DNA of 64,000 bases from an uncultured Candidatus Micrarchaeota archaeon (GTDB lineage Archaea; Micrarchaeota; Micrarchaeia; Norongarragalinales; CAINOH01), in contig CAINOH010000009.1 of the NCBI GenBank assembly GCA_903851445.1, positions 261,784 through 325,783 of the forward strand, read 5' to 3'. The translations under genes were made by a program, and so were the position numbers. Positions 46,641-55,572 of this stretch are shown piece by piece. The notes under the pieces are model-generated. The model saw nothing but the letters and a program-made list of their open reading frames with translations, was not told where the DNA came from and made no database searches. Each line of letters starts with the position of its first letter. The first letter of the stretch is position 1.

Positions 46641-48923
46641 TTATTTTTTCTTTTCCCCAATCTCGGAAAGGATTGACTTTTCGAACTTCTCAAGGGGCAC
46701 TCCGTTGTGCACCGAGCCGTCGCGCTTCCGCACCGAGACTGACTTTTCATCCTCTTCCTTCTTTCCGATGATGAGCATGTAGGGAATCTTCTGCAGCTGC
46801 GCGTTGCGGATTTTCTGCTCTATTTTTCCCTCGGACTCGTCGAAGAACACGCGGACTTGCTGCAAGGAAAGCGCGTCAACGACCTTCTTTGCATATGCTT
46901 TCTGCGCATCGGTAATCGGCATCACGCATACCTGCACCGGAGACAGCCACGTCGGGAGGTTGCCTGCGTATTTCTCAAGCAGGAATGCGATGAAGCGTTC
47001 GTACGAGCCGAGTATTGCGCGGTGGATGATGACGACGTTCTCCTTCTCGCCCTTTTCGTTGACGTAGACCAGGTTCATGCGCTTTGGTACCAGGATGTCC
47101 ACCTGCACCGTTGCGATGGTGTCCTCCTTTCCGAACGCGTTCCTGATCTGCACGTCGACTTTCGGGCCGTAGAACGCCGCCTCTCCCAGCTCTTCGGTGA
47201 ACTTCATCTTCTCCTTGTTCAACGCGCGGCGGATGTGTTCTGCCGCGTCCTCCCACTTTGCGCGGTCTCCACCGTACTTTTCGGGGTTGCGGTCAAAGTC
47301 AGGGAGCGAAAGCCGGTACCAGTAGTCCGAGATTCCCATGTCGTCGTAGACTTGGCGGAACAGCTTGAGCACTCCGACCACCTCGGCCTCGACCTGGGAG
47401 GCGGTGACGTAGATGTGCGAGTCGTTCTGGGTAAAGCACCGCGCGCGAATCAGGCCGTTCATGGTGCCGGAAAGTTCGTGGCGGTAGCACGTTCCAGCCT
47501 CTGCAAATCGCAGCGGCAAGTCGCGGTAGCTCGTGACCAGTTCCCTGAACATCATGTGGTGGTGCGGGCAGTTCATCGGCTTGAGGTAGTACTGTGCGCC
47601 GTCAATGTCAATCGGCGCGTACATCGACTCGGCATAGTATGGCAGGTGGCCCGAGGCGAAATAGAGCGAGCTTTTCGTGATTGCTGGCGACTGCACGTAC
47701 ACGTAGCCGTACTTTTCCTCGAGGTCGCGCATGTACTCGACTAGGAGGTGTCGAAGAACCTCGCCGTTTGGAAGCCACATCGGCAGGCCCATGCCCACTT
47801 CCTCGGCGAACATGAATATCTTGAGGTCCTTGCCGAGCTTTCGGTGGTCGCGCCTTTCGGCATCAGCTAGGTAAGCGAGGTAGTTGTCGCGGTCAGCAAG
47901 GCTGTCAAACGCGGTTCCGGTTACCCTCTGCAGCTGCCTGTTCTGGCTGCTGTTGAGCCAGTACGCGCCTCCCACTTTCGTTAGCTTGAATGCAACCATC
48001 TTGGATGCGTTGTCAAGCAGGTGGCTGTTTGCAAGGTCCGCAAAGCCGTTCATCTCGGCAATCCGGACCTTTGCGTCCTTTGGAACCTGTTCAAGCAAAT
48101 ATTTGTGATAGGGGTTATGGGCAAACTTTTTCTCGGCATCCGCAACCGAAACCACTTCCGTTGCAATTTTTGCCTTGGACTCGATGATTTTCTCCATCTC
48201 CTGCTCGATGCGCAAGATGTCCGTGTCCGAGAGCGTCTTGTCCGACTCGATGTCCACGAAGTATTCCTCGCCAACCGACGAGTCGGCAACCCTTGCCTTT
48301 GGGAACATCTTCGAAAGCGCAGCTGCGAGTATGAACTGGCAGGTGCTCTTTGCGAGCATCTTTTCGTCCTTTGCGTGCTTGTCGTGGGACGCGCCAGCAA
48401 CGAACTGCAGTATTTCGGGGTCAGCCACTGCCTTTGCGCCCGAATGGCCGTCAATCTTCTTTGCAGTGGTGAGGTTGATTACCTTTGCAATGTCCTTTTC
48501 ATCGCCGCTTCTAATCGTCTTGCTTAACTCAGCAAGCGGGTGGCCCTTGCACTTGAGTTCGAACTCCTTGTAGTAGCCGAACACGCCTTTCTTTGCGTCA
48601 GGCGCGAACTTTCGCACCTCCTTGTGCAGCTCGGCAAGGAGCACCTGCGCCTTGTCCGGCGGGCAGAGGTCGCTTGAAAGGTGGGCATAAGGATTGATGA
48701 AAACCGTTGCTGCCTTGACCTGCTCGAAGTTTTTCCTGATGGCCTCGGCTGCTGCCTGAACTGCCGCGTTGTCGTCTGTTGACTCCATTGTTGTGAAGAC
48801 GACAAGCGCGTTCTCAACGCGGTATCCTGCCTTCTCCTCCTCGGAAAGGTCAGGCAGGGACTTGATTGCCTTGGCCTTGGGCTTCTGGCTAAAGTAGTCG
48901 CAATGCAGTTCGAGTATTCTCAT
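46641..48923 (-). CDS. thrS: Threonyl-tRNA synthetase, chimeric (archaeal editing domain + bacterial-type body)
   Basis: N-terminal LHCDY, PYAHLSS, GYYKEF.LKCKGHPLAELSKTI; then a tRNA_SAD-like domain; RDHRKLG, KPMNCPHH, RARCFTQNDSH, EAAFYGPK, HRAILGSYERF. Confidence 0.96.
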   Translation of the reverse strand: MRILELHCDYFSQKPKAKAIKSLPDLSEEEKAGYRVENALVVFTTMESTDDNAAVQAAAEAIRKNFEQVKAATVFINPYAHLSSDLCPPDKAQVLLAELHKEVRKFAPDAKKGVFGYYKEFELKCKGHPLAELSKTIRSGDEKDIAKVINLTTAKKIDGHSGAKAVADPEILQFVAGASHDKHAKDEKMLAKSTCQFILAAALSKMFPKARVADSSVGEEYFVDIESDKTLSDTDILRIEQEMEKIIESKAKIATEVVSVADAEKKFAHNPYHKYLLEQVPKDAKVRIAEMNGFADLANSHLLDNASKMVAFKLTKVGGAYWLNSSQNRQLQRVTGTAFDSLADRDNYLAYLADAERRDHRKLGKDLKIFMFAEEVGMGLPMWLPNGEVLRHLLVEYMRDLEEKYGYVYVQSPAITKSSLYFASGHLPYYAESMYAPIDIDGAQYYLKPMNCPHHHMMFRELVTSYRDLPLRFAEAGTCYRHELSGTMNGLIRARCFTQNDSHIYVTASQVEAEVVGVLKLFRQVYDDMGISDYWYRLSLPDFDRNPEKYGGDRAKWEDAAEHIRRALNKEKMKFTEELGEAAFYGPKVDVQIRNAFGKEDTIATVQVDILVPKRMNLVYVNEKGEKENVVIIHRAILGSYERFIAFLLEKYAGNLPTWLSPVQVCVMPITDAQKAYAKKVVDALSLQQVRVFFDESEGKIEQKIRNAQLQKIPYMLIIGKKEEDEKSVSVRKRDGSVHNGVPLEKFEKSILSEIGEKKK

Positions 48924-49098
48924 CCAAGGTTACACCTTCGGGGCCGGTACGAATGGTCCCGTTCAAAATAGCTTACTCAAGTAGATTGTAGTGCAAGGTA
49001 GAAAAAGGGTGCGTAAAGGTGACGGTGTCCTTTGGTTGCAGGAAAAAGAAAAATAGGTTCCGGCCGAGTGGCATTGTGCACCCCAGCCGGCTTGGAAA

Positions 49099-49383
49099 CT
49101 AAACGACTATCTCTGCAGTTGCGAAGCGTTCGCGGACCGAGGTTATGCGCACCTTGACCTTGGTGTTCGCCTGGCCGCCTGGCACGAAAACGACGAAGTT
49201 GCTTATCTTTGCAATCCCGTCGCCGCGAGAGCCGACCGTGTCTATCGTTACTTCGTGCTCTTCCCCGACTTTCACGGGCTTCTCTGCTACCGGGCTGTCG
49301 TAGTCCCTTCTTGGCCTGTCTTGCCTTACTCCCCAATTGTTGCCTTCGCTGTCTTTCATTTCCTCATCCCTTCCGTATGTCAT
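49099..49383 (-). CDS. Single-TRAM-domain RNA-binding protein
   Basis: PVKVGEE..VTI..VG.RGDGIAKI.NFVVFVPG, FATAEIV. Confidence 0.92.
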   Translation of the reverse strand: MTYGRDEEMKDSEGNNWGVRQDRPRRDYDSPVAEKPVKVGEEHEVTIDTVGSRGDGIAKISNFVVFVPGGQANTKVKVRITSVRERFATAEIVV

Positions 49384-49400
49384 GTGCCCCTTCGAACCGA

Positions 49401-50735
49401 TTACGCTTCGAGGACCTTTGCGGCTATGTAACCCGGGTCAAACGGGACCAGGTCGCCGTACTCCTGTCCCACCCCGAAAAACATGATTGGCTTTGCAGCA
49501 TCGTGCGCGATGCTTATGGAGTTGCCGCCCTTGGCGTCGCAGTCCAGCTTGGTAAGGATTATCCCGTCAACCCCGACTGCGGCGTCGAATGACTTCACCT
49601 GCTCGACGAGCACGTGGCCCGCAAGGGCCTCGCCTATGAAAATCTTGAAGTCCGGCTTTGCGACGCGGTCAATCTTCTTCATTTCCTCGATGAGGTTGCG
49701 GTTGGTCTCCTGCCTTCCGGCAGTGTCTATGAGCACAACCGCCGCGCCCGCTGACTGCGCGTGCTTGATTGCGTCAAAGGCAACAGCAGCGGGGTCCGCG
49801 CCGTAGCTCTGCTTTACAAGCTTGACTCCAATCCTGTCCGCGTGTATTGCCGCCTGCTCGATTGCAGCAGCGCGGAAAGTGTCCGATGCCGAGATTACCA
49901 CGTCCAGGCCGTTCTGCTTGAACAGGCTTGCAAGCTTCGCAATCGTGGTGGTCTTGCCTGCGCCGTTCGGACCGAGGAACATTATCTTGAGAACTTCGCC
50001 CTTTGCCTTTTTTTCCCGCGCAAGGGCAATGATGTCCGGCGCTGGTGTAAACACCGACGTGATTGCATCTGCAATCGCGCCATTAATCGTCTTTTCAACT
50101 TCGCTCTTTGCGACCTTCTTGCCAACAAGGCTCTTTTTCAGCTCAAGCACAAGCGCCTGTGCGGTGTCAGACGAGACGTCGCTTTCAAGGAGCGCCATCT
50201 CAAGCTCGTCGAACATTGCCCGGGTCTCGGACTCGGTGATTTCGACTTGGTTTGTGAGCATTCCCTTGAGCTTGGAGAACAGGCCGAGGTCGGGCGCGAT
50301 GTCGCGCCTCTTCTCAACAGCGGGGATTACCGCCGGCTTTGGAATTGCAAATGTTTTTGGGGCTTCGGTGGCCTTTGGAGCAATAGTTGGTTTTTGAGTT
50401 TCAGCAGGTGGTTTTTCAACAGGCTTTGGAACGGCAACTGTTTTTGGAGCCTCGACAGTCTTTGGGGCAACCGTTGGTTTTGGAGTTTCAGCAGCAACTG
50501 GTTTTACAACCTCAACTGGCTTCGGGGCCTCGACAGCAATTTCTTTTTCAATAGCGGGAGTTTCAACTGGGGCAATAATTTCCTTCTCAACAGGTGTGGG
50601 AGTCTCTACTGGTGCGATGATTTCCTTTTCAACAGGAGCGATTTTTTCCTCTGCTTTCGGCTCCTCCCTTGCGCCGACTGCCTCGGTGATTCCCTTCACA
50701 AAGCCGGAGATTTTCTTCTTGAGCAGGTCGAACAC
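49401..50735 (-). CDS. ftsY: SRP receptor FtsY with repetitive N-terminal region
   Basis: GPNGAGKTTTIAKLA, DTFRAAAIEQ, DTAGRQ, TKLDCDAKGG, GVGQEYGDL. Confidence 0.97.
   Translation of the reverse strand: MFDLLKKKISGFVKGITEAVGAREEPKAEEKIAPVEKEIIAPVETPTPVEKEIIAPVETPAIEKEIAVEAPKPVEVVKPVAAETPKPTVAPKTVEAPKTVAVPKPVEKPPAETQKPTIAPKATEAPKTFAIPKPAVIPAVEKRRDIAPDLGLFSKLKGMLTNQVEITESETRAMFDELEMALLESDVSSDTAQALVLELKKSLVGKKVAKSEVEKTINGAIADAITSVFTPAPDIIALAREKKAKGEVLKIMFLGPNGAGKTTTIAKLASLFKQNGLDVVISASDTFRAAAIEQAAIHADRIGVKLVKQSYGADPAAVAFDAIKHAQSAGAAVVLIDTAGRQETNRNLIEEMKKIDRVAKPDFKIFIGEALAGHVLVEQVKSFDAAVGVDGIILTKLDCDAKGGNSISIAHDAAKPIMFFGVGQEYGDLVPFDPGYIAAKVLEA
50330..50640 (-). repeat. Intragenic imperfect tandem repeats in the FtsY A-domain
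   Basis: (P)VEKEIIAPVETP x2-3, then AET(P/Q)KPT(V/I)APK..EAPKT.A.PKP x2. Confidence 0.75.
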
Positions 50736-50811
50736 GGTCTTTGGATACCCCTTGTCCTTTGTTTTTTCCGTTTCCTTGCGCCCTCCGGGCGGTTCGGAAT
50801 ATTTTTTTTAT

Positions 50812-51252
50812 TTAGCGCGCTTCTTTTGGCTTTCGTGAAAGGGCCTCTGCCTGTGCGTTCAATTCGTTGGCCTTCCTTGAGATTTCCGCAAGCTGTTCCT
50901 GCGCCTTTGTAAGGCCGTCGCGGATTTTCTTCACGGATTCATCAAGGTCGGCTGACGCTTCCTCGCAGGTCTTCTCGACCATCACGCCTGCGCCGGCCTC
51001 GACAAGGAGTTTGTTCTTCTTCTCCGGCTTTGCCAGGACGAACACTCGCGCGCCAAGAGGGAATATTGTTGCGCCGTCTGCTTTTGAAAGCGCCTGCACA
51101 GCAGCCTGCGTGGACAGGGCCTCTTCAAGCGCCTCCTGGAGCATCTCAACATTGCGTTGGAGCTGTTTTGCCTGCGCCTCGTAGAACTGGAGCTGGTAAG
51201 CCATCTTGCGGATAGTCTCATCGCTTGTGTTTGTTGATGCAGTAGCAGTCAT
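50812..51252 (-). CDS. pfdA: Prefoldin alpha subunit
   Basis: Coiled coil - beta hairpin (IFPLGARVFV..LLVEAGAGVMVEK) - coiled coil; lies between eIF6 and ftsY as in other archaea. Confidence 0.92.
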   Translation of the reverse strand: MTATASTNTSDETIRKMAYQLQFYEAQAKQLQRNVEMLQEALEEALSTQAAVQALSKADGATIFPLGARVFVLAKPEKKNKLLVEAGAGVMVEKTCEEASADLDESVKKIRDGLTKAQEQLAEISRKANELNAQAEALSRKPKEAR

Positions 51253-51917
51253 ATTGAATCACCGAACAATGCCTCGTAAATGCGCTGGACCTCGAAGCCG
51301 CTTGTTGCGTGGCCTACAAGCGCGCCCTTTGAGTTTGCGACAACGCCCATGCCCACGAACGGCACTCCCATGTTGCAGGTGCCCACGTTGCCCCTGACTT
51401 TGAAGATGCGCTCAAGCTTCTTAAGCTCCACCTGGGGCATCTCGTTGTACGCAAGGAGGCCCGTGTTGGTCACCACGTTCACCGCGCCAACGGTGGAAAT
51501 CTTTGAAAGCAGGTCGTGCGCAAGCGCTTCAACCCCGAGCGCGTCGGAAATCTTCTTCGCCTCGGCCTTTGCAATGGTCGGGTGGAGTATTGCCGCGGTG
51601 TCGTTGCAGAGTATGCAGTTCCCGCACGCCTGGTGCGAGTCTATCGTCGCGACGTTTAGCCCCGTCTTTCGCAGTATCGCAAGCTCGTCGTCCTCGATGA
51701 ACGAGGGCACCACGCAGCCGTTTGAGTTCATTGCGACAAAGAGGCCAAGCAGGTCGGACTGGCTGACTGAAAGGCAAACGGGCGTTGCCGAGAGCGTGTT
51801 ATGCACTGTCTCCGCAAGCTTGCCCCCAAGCACCTTTGGCACGAGCACGAGGTCGTCGTTGGCCTTGAAGAACAGGCCCACGAACGGGTTCTTGTGCACC
51901 GAGAATTTGGTTATCAC
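51249..51917 (-). CDS. eif6: Translation initiation factor 6 (aIF6)
   Basis: NPFVGLF, LLGLFVAMNSNG, GNCILCND, GTCNMG.PFVG.GVVANSKGALVG..TSG.E. Confidence 0.95.
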   Translation of the reverse strand: MITKFSVHKNPFVGLFFKANDDLVLVPKVLGGKLAETVHNTLSATPVCLSVSQSDLLGLFVAMNSNGCVVPSFIEDDELAILRKTGLNVATIDSHQACGNCILCNDTAAILHPTIAKAEAKKISDALGVEALAHDLLSKISTVGAVNVVTNTGLLAYNEMPQVELKKLERIFKVRGNVGTCNMGVPFVGMGVVANSKGALVGHATSGFEVQRIYEALFGDSI

Positions 51918-51963
51918 GAAAATTCAACTTGCTTTGCTGCGCTTGGAAAAATAAAAGGAGAAA

Positions 51964-52476
51964 TTATTTGGAGAGCTCGGCAAGCACCGAGCCTTCCTTG
52001 TCCTTGGTGAGGCGTATCTTGATTTTCTTCTGGACCCAGCTTGAGCCGTGCGTGCGGATCTGCTCGTTGACCGAGGTGGCAAGCCGGACTTTTTCAAGCG
52101 GAGCCTTTGCGTGCCTTGCGGCGTACGCGCGGACAATCTTCACCGCCCGCGCAAGCCTCTTGTCCTTTGTCTTGTTGTAGACGTCGGTAAGGTTGACCGT
52201 GCACACGCGCTCAAGTACAATCTCGCGCTTCTTCTCGTCCTTTTTCTCAGCAGCAGGCTTCTTGCTTTCTGCCTTTGCCTTGGATTCAGCGGCCTTTCCT
52301 TTGGCTTCGGCTGCTTTTGCGGAGGCTTCAGCCTTCTTGGCCGGTGCAGCATCAGTCTTCTTTGCAACGGCGTCCTTCTTTTCAGCCGGCATTGTAGTTG
52401 CCACTGCCTTCTTTTCCTCGGCCGGCTTTGCAACAGCTAACGTTTCAGTGTTTTTGGTTGCGGTATTGTCTTCCAT
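51964..52476 (-). CDS. rpl31e: 50S ribosomal protein L31e with long Ala/Lys-rich N-terminal extension
   Basis: C-terminal ERVCTVNL, RLARAVKIVR..AARH, VNEQI..HG, KIKIR; conserved synteny with L39e and eIF6. Confidence 0.9.
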   Translation of the reverse strand: MEDNTATKNTETLAVAKPAEEKKAVATTMPAEKKDAVAKKTDAAPAKKAEASAKAAEAKGKAAESKAKAESKKPAAEKKDEKKREIVLERVCTVNLTDVYNKTKDKRLARAVKIVRAYAARHAKAPLEKVRLATSVNEQIRTHGSSWVQKKIKIRLTKDKEGSVLAELSK

Positions 52477-52486
52477 AGTGTTCAAC

Positions 52487-52651
52487 CTACTTTACCTTGA
52501 TTTTCATCTTCTCCGAGCGCCAGTTGCGCGTCTTGGAGTTGCGGCTGACCCTGCGCGCAGTGCGCGCGATGACGAAAATCGGCATGCGCCGGTTCTGCAG
52601 GAGCGCCTTTGTCAGGACAGCTTTCTTTGCTTTTGACCTGTTTCTTGACAT
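52487..52651 (-). CDS. rpl39e: 50S ribosomal protein L39e
   Basis: Below the ORF-track cutoff. Manual translation: MSRNRSKAKKAVLTKALLQNRRMPIFVIARTARRVSRNSKTRNWRSEKMKIKVK. Confidence 0.92.
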   Translation of the reverse strand: MSRNRSKAKKAVLTKALLQNRRMPIFVIARTARRVSRNSKTRNWRSEKMKIKVK

Positions 52652-52687
52652 ATATCAAAACACCTTTTGACTGTGAATATTTTTTTC

Positions 52688-52999
52688 TCAAGCCCGTCTT
52701 ATAGTCGTCTCGCGCCGCGTTGACAAAAGCTGCGATGCGACCTGCTTGACCTGTTCCTCTGTGACCTTTCCCGAGAGCTTTCCAGACTGGACTGCAGAGA
52801 CGAAGAACTGCACGATTTGCATGTACAGGTTCTCGTTCGACATCCGGATGTTGGAAAGCCTCGCGATCGCAGTTGGCTCGAAGACCTTGTTGACAATCGC
52901 CGAAAGCTGTGCCTGTGCAGCCTGCCTCTTTTGGAGTTCCTCAAGCCTGCGCTTCTGGGCATCCTTGTAGGCCGCGTTGTCCGCCTGGTTTTCGTCCAT
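52688..52999 (-). CDS. PDCD5/TFAR19-like DNA-binding protein
   Basis: EPTAIARLSNIRM, KVTEEQVK..L, RRETTIRR; lies between S19e and L39e. Confidence 0.9.
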   Translation of the reverse strand: MDENQADNAAYKDAQKRRLEELQKRQAAQAQLSAIVNKVFEPTAIARLSNIRMSNENLYMQIVQFFVSAVQSGKLSGKVTEEQVKQVASQLLSTRRETTIRRA

Positions 53000-53003
53000 C
53001 GCC

Positions 53004-53432
53004 TTACTGCTCCTTCTTGGTCCCAAGAGCCTTCGATATGAATGCGCGCCCTGCCGCAGTCACAACCCGGCCCTTGGGCTCGTTCTTCACAAAGCCTGCT
53101 GACTGGAGCTTCTGCATCGCAAGCCGGATTGCCTTTCCGCCCGCCTTCTTGTGGTGCGCGCGTCCGCGCGTGTGCTCCTGCCTGCCGCCGTACTTGTTGC
53201 GCATTCGCTGCGTGCCGATGGGGCCGCGGATTGCGATGGTGCGGAATATCGATGCCACGCGGTCGAACCACTGGTCGGCAGAGTCCGGGAGCCGCTCGTT
53301 TGCCGGCCCGCCCTTCACTGTTCCGAACCACTCCGGAGCTGCGAACTTCTCGTCCTCCTTGAGCTTGGCTGCAAGGATCTTGATGGCCTTTCCCGCCTCT
53401 ACAGTGTAGATCGGGTCTGCGGGTACTGACAT
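53004..53432 (-). CDS. rps19e: 30S ribosomal protein S19e (eS19)
   Basis: PEWFGTVKGGPANER.P, RVASIFR, MRNKYGGR, AMQKLQSAG.V, GRVVT..G. Confidence 0.96.
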   Translation of the reverse strand: MSVPADPIYTVEAGKAIKILAAKLKEDEKFAAPEWFGTVKGGPANERLPDSADQWFDRVASIFRTIAIRGPIGTQRMRNKYGGRQEHTRGRAHHKKAGGKAIRLAMQKLQSAGFVKNEPKGRVVTAAGRAFISKALGTKKEQ

Positions 53433-53592
53433 TACAAAATCACCTATTGAGCGCTAAACTAGGCTCTTGTTTTGTGTGCTTCAATTCGCGCCAGTCACGG
53501 CGCCAAAATCAAAGTCAAAAATGACTACTTATTAGTGCTGGAACTGGTTTAAAATCCCCGAAGTCTTACTGTCCCTTGCGCGGTTTTCGCCG

Positions 53593-55470
53593 TTGTCCTT
53601 TGGTGGTTTGTTGTTGTTTTTTCGTGGTCAAGGCGCCTTCGAATACCTCCTGATGCTTGGCGGCGTCGTGCTCGTCGCAGTTATCGTCATCGTGATGGTG
53701 CAAGGTTCAGCCCAGAACGCGAACAACACGCTCAACGCGTCAACCGGCAATTACCTGTCGCTAGTCCAAGGCCAGCTGGGTAATTTCCTTAACGGCTCGC
53801 CTACTGCAACTGCTTTGCCCTCGTCAACCCCCACGGTCAGCCCAACGCCATCCCCGACTCCTACGGCAAGTCCGACGCCCACTCCGACTCCAACGGCGAC
53901 CCCGACTCCCACGGCAAGTCCGACGCCTTCGCCCACGCCCACCCCGACTCCAACACCATTGGATGGTGCCTGCGGTTCATCCAACGGCACTAATGTCTAT
54001 ACCGCACCAACAGCCAACCTATGCGCAAATGGAACCAACTCAACAGTCACTGGCGCGGGGCCGTGGGCTTGGTTCTGCAATGGCACGAACGGCGGAGCTA
54101 ATGTGAGTTGCTCTGCATCCTTGAGCGTAGATGGCTCGTGCGGTTCGAGCAATGGTTCGGCGTTCTATTCCGCTCCTTCGGCTAACTTGTGCTCGAACGG
54201 GAGTTCGTCTTCGGTTTCCGGTTCCGGTCCGTGGAATTGGTTCTGCAATGGCACGAACGGCGGCACTAACGCGAGTTGCTTTGCAGTCTTGAAGGTGGAT
54301 GGCAGTTGCGGTTCGAGCAGCGGTCAGACCCTTTCAACTGCGCCCACGACCAACCTTTGCAGTAACGGCACCAATACGACGATAAGCTCAAACAGCACGG
54401 CGTGGACTTGGGGTTGCAACGGAGTGAACGGCGGTACCAGCACTTCCGCGACCGCGTGCTATGCGACAATACTGTACTACGTTCCGATAACGCTTACGAA
54501 TTCACAGTCTTCGGCCGTCACATCGGGTTTCCAGCAGAAGATAACCATCCCGTCGTCCTCGTACTCTTCGTATGAGAGCGCCGGGTTGCAGAATGTGGAG
54601 TTCACGAGCGGCGGCACCGCCGCAAACGGGGGTACTCCACTGTACGCGTGGTGTGAGGCCAACTGCACCAGCACCAACGCGTCTACTATATGGTGGGTTA
54701 ACCTCGGTTCAAACACGATAGCAGCCAGCGGCGGTACGCTGACCGTATACATGAACTTCATGCCTAGCGTGGTGATGTCCTCGACGTCCTCTTATACCGG
54801 AGAGGCGCCGCAGCTCTCGGGCACGTACGGGCAGTATGACAACGGGGCAAAGGTTTTCAGCAGCTATTGGGACTTTGTCGGAACTTCAACCCCGAGCGGA
54901 TTAGCTCTTTCAACCTCATCTGGAACGGCAACAGTAAGCAACGGATTACACCTATATACGACTACAGGAAGCGGTAGTGCGGCAGTTGGCACAACGTCAG
55001 CGATAACTTATTCAAACGTAGTTAGAGAAGCCGCATTAAATCTTTATGGCAGTTCTAGCAACAACATACGGGACAGAGTCAGCCCCAAACTGTCCGGGCA
55101 ATCTGTCGCAGATTATGGGTATTACGTAGTTAGTAGTACTACAAATTACGCACAGTATTTTTTTGGTAGTTATAGTGGAACGTATACCCCGACCTTTACG
55201 TCATCTTCATCCCCGTTAATTACAGACACTCTTTCATGCACTTCGTCCGGGACAGCATATTGGGCTTCTTACAATTACGGAACGTATGCCTCGCCAATCT
55301 ATTCAAACAGTTATTCCTTTACTCCGGGTTCGTCTTCCCTGGCGTTATATAGCGCAACATTAGATTCTGGACGTTCAGGCGAAAGCTCCGAATATATTTA
55401 TTGGATCAGGTTCCGCATCTACCCTCCCGGTGGCGTAATGCCGGCAGTTGTCTTCGGGAGCGTTGCGTGA
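53593..55470 (+). CDS. Class III signal-peptide adhesin: PT linker, three Cys-rich repeats, DUF2341-like domain
   Basis: [14 protein letters not shown]; PT-rich stalk; DG.CGSS.G repeats; [14 protein letters not shown]; [13 protein letters not shown]; C-terminal [13 protein letters not shown]. Start codon uncertain (one of several TTGs). Confidence 0.82.
   Translation: MSFGGLLLFFRGQGAFEYLLMLGGVVLVAVIVIVMVQGSAQNANNTLNASTGNYLSLVQGQLGNFLNGSPTATALPSSTPTVSPTPSPTPTASPTPTPTPTATPTPTASPTPSPTPTPTPTPLDGACGSSNGTNVYTAPTANLCANGTNSTVTGAGPWAWFCNGTNGGANVSCSASLSVDGSCGSSNGSAFYSAPSANLCSNGSSSSVSGSGPWNWFCNGTNGGTNASCFAVLKVDGSCGSSSGQTLSTAPTTNLCSNGTNTTISSNSTAWTWGCNGVNGGTSTSATACYATILYYVPITLTNSQSSAVTSGFQQKITIPSSSYSSYESAGLQNVEFTSGGTAANGGTPLYAWCEANCTSTNASTIWWVNLGSNTIAASGGTLTVYMNFMPSVVMSSTSSYTGEAPQLSGTYGQYDNGAKVFSSYWDFVGTSTPSGLALSTSSGTATVSNGLHLYTTTGSGSAAVGTTSAITYSNVVREAALNLYGSSSNNIRDRVSPKLSGQSVADYGYYVVSSTTNYAQYFFGSYSGTYTPTFTSSSSPLITDTLSCTSSGTAYWASYNYGTYASPIYSNSYSFTPGSSSLALYSATLDSGRSGESSEYIYWIRFRIYPPGGVMPAVVFGSVA
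53962..54465 (+). repeat. Three tandem 168-bp (56-aa) Cys-rich repeats
   Basis: DG.CG motifs start at 53962, 54130 and 54298, an exact 168-bp period; unit DGxCGSSxG...AP..NLCxNG...W.W.CNGxNGG...C. Confidence 0.9.
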
Positions 55471-55572
55471 CCGGATTTTGTTAAGGTTTCGCTAGGTATC
55501 CGTCAATATAGGCGAACTTTTGCTTTGTGCGCAAGTTACCTGCTTTTTCCACTTGCATCAGCTATGCGCTTT

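Noticed and set aside
53800-54465. CRISPR-like or mobile-element interpretation of the tandem repeats
   Set aside because: The repeats are in frame, degenerate at third codon positions and lack unique spacers; they are protein repeats.
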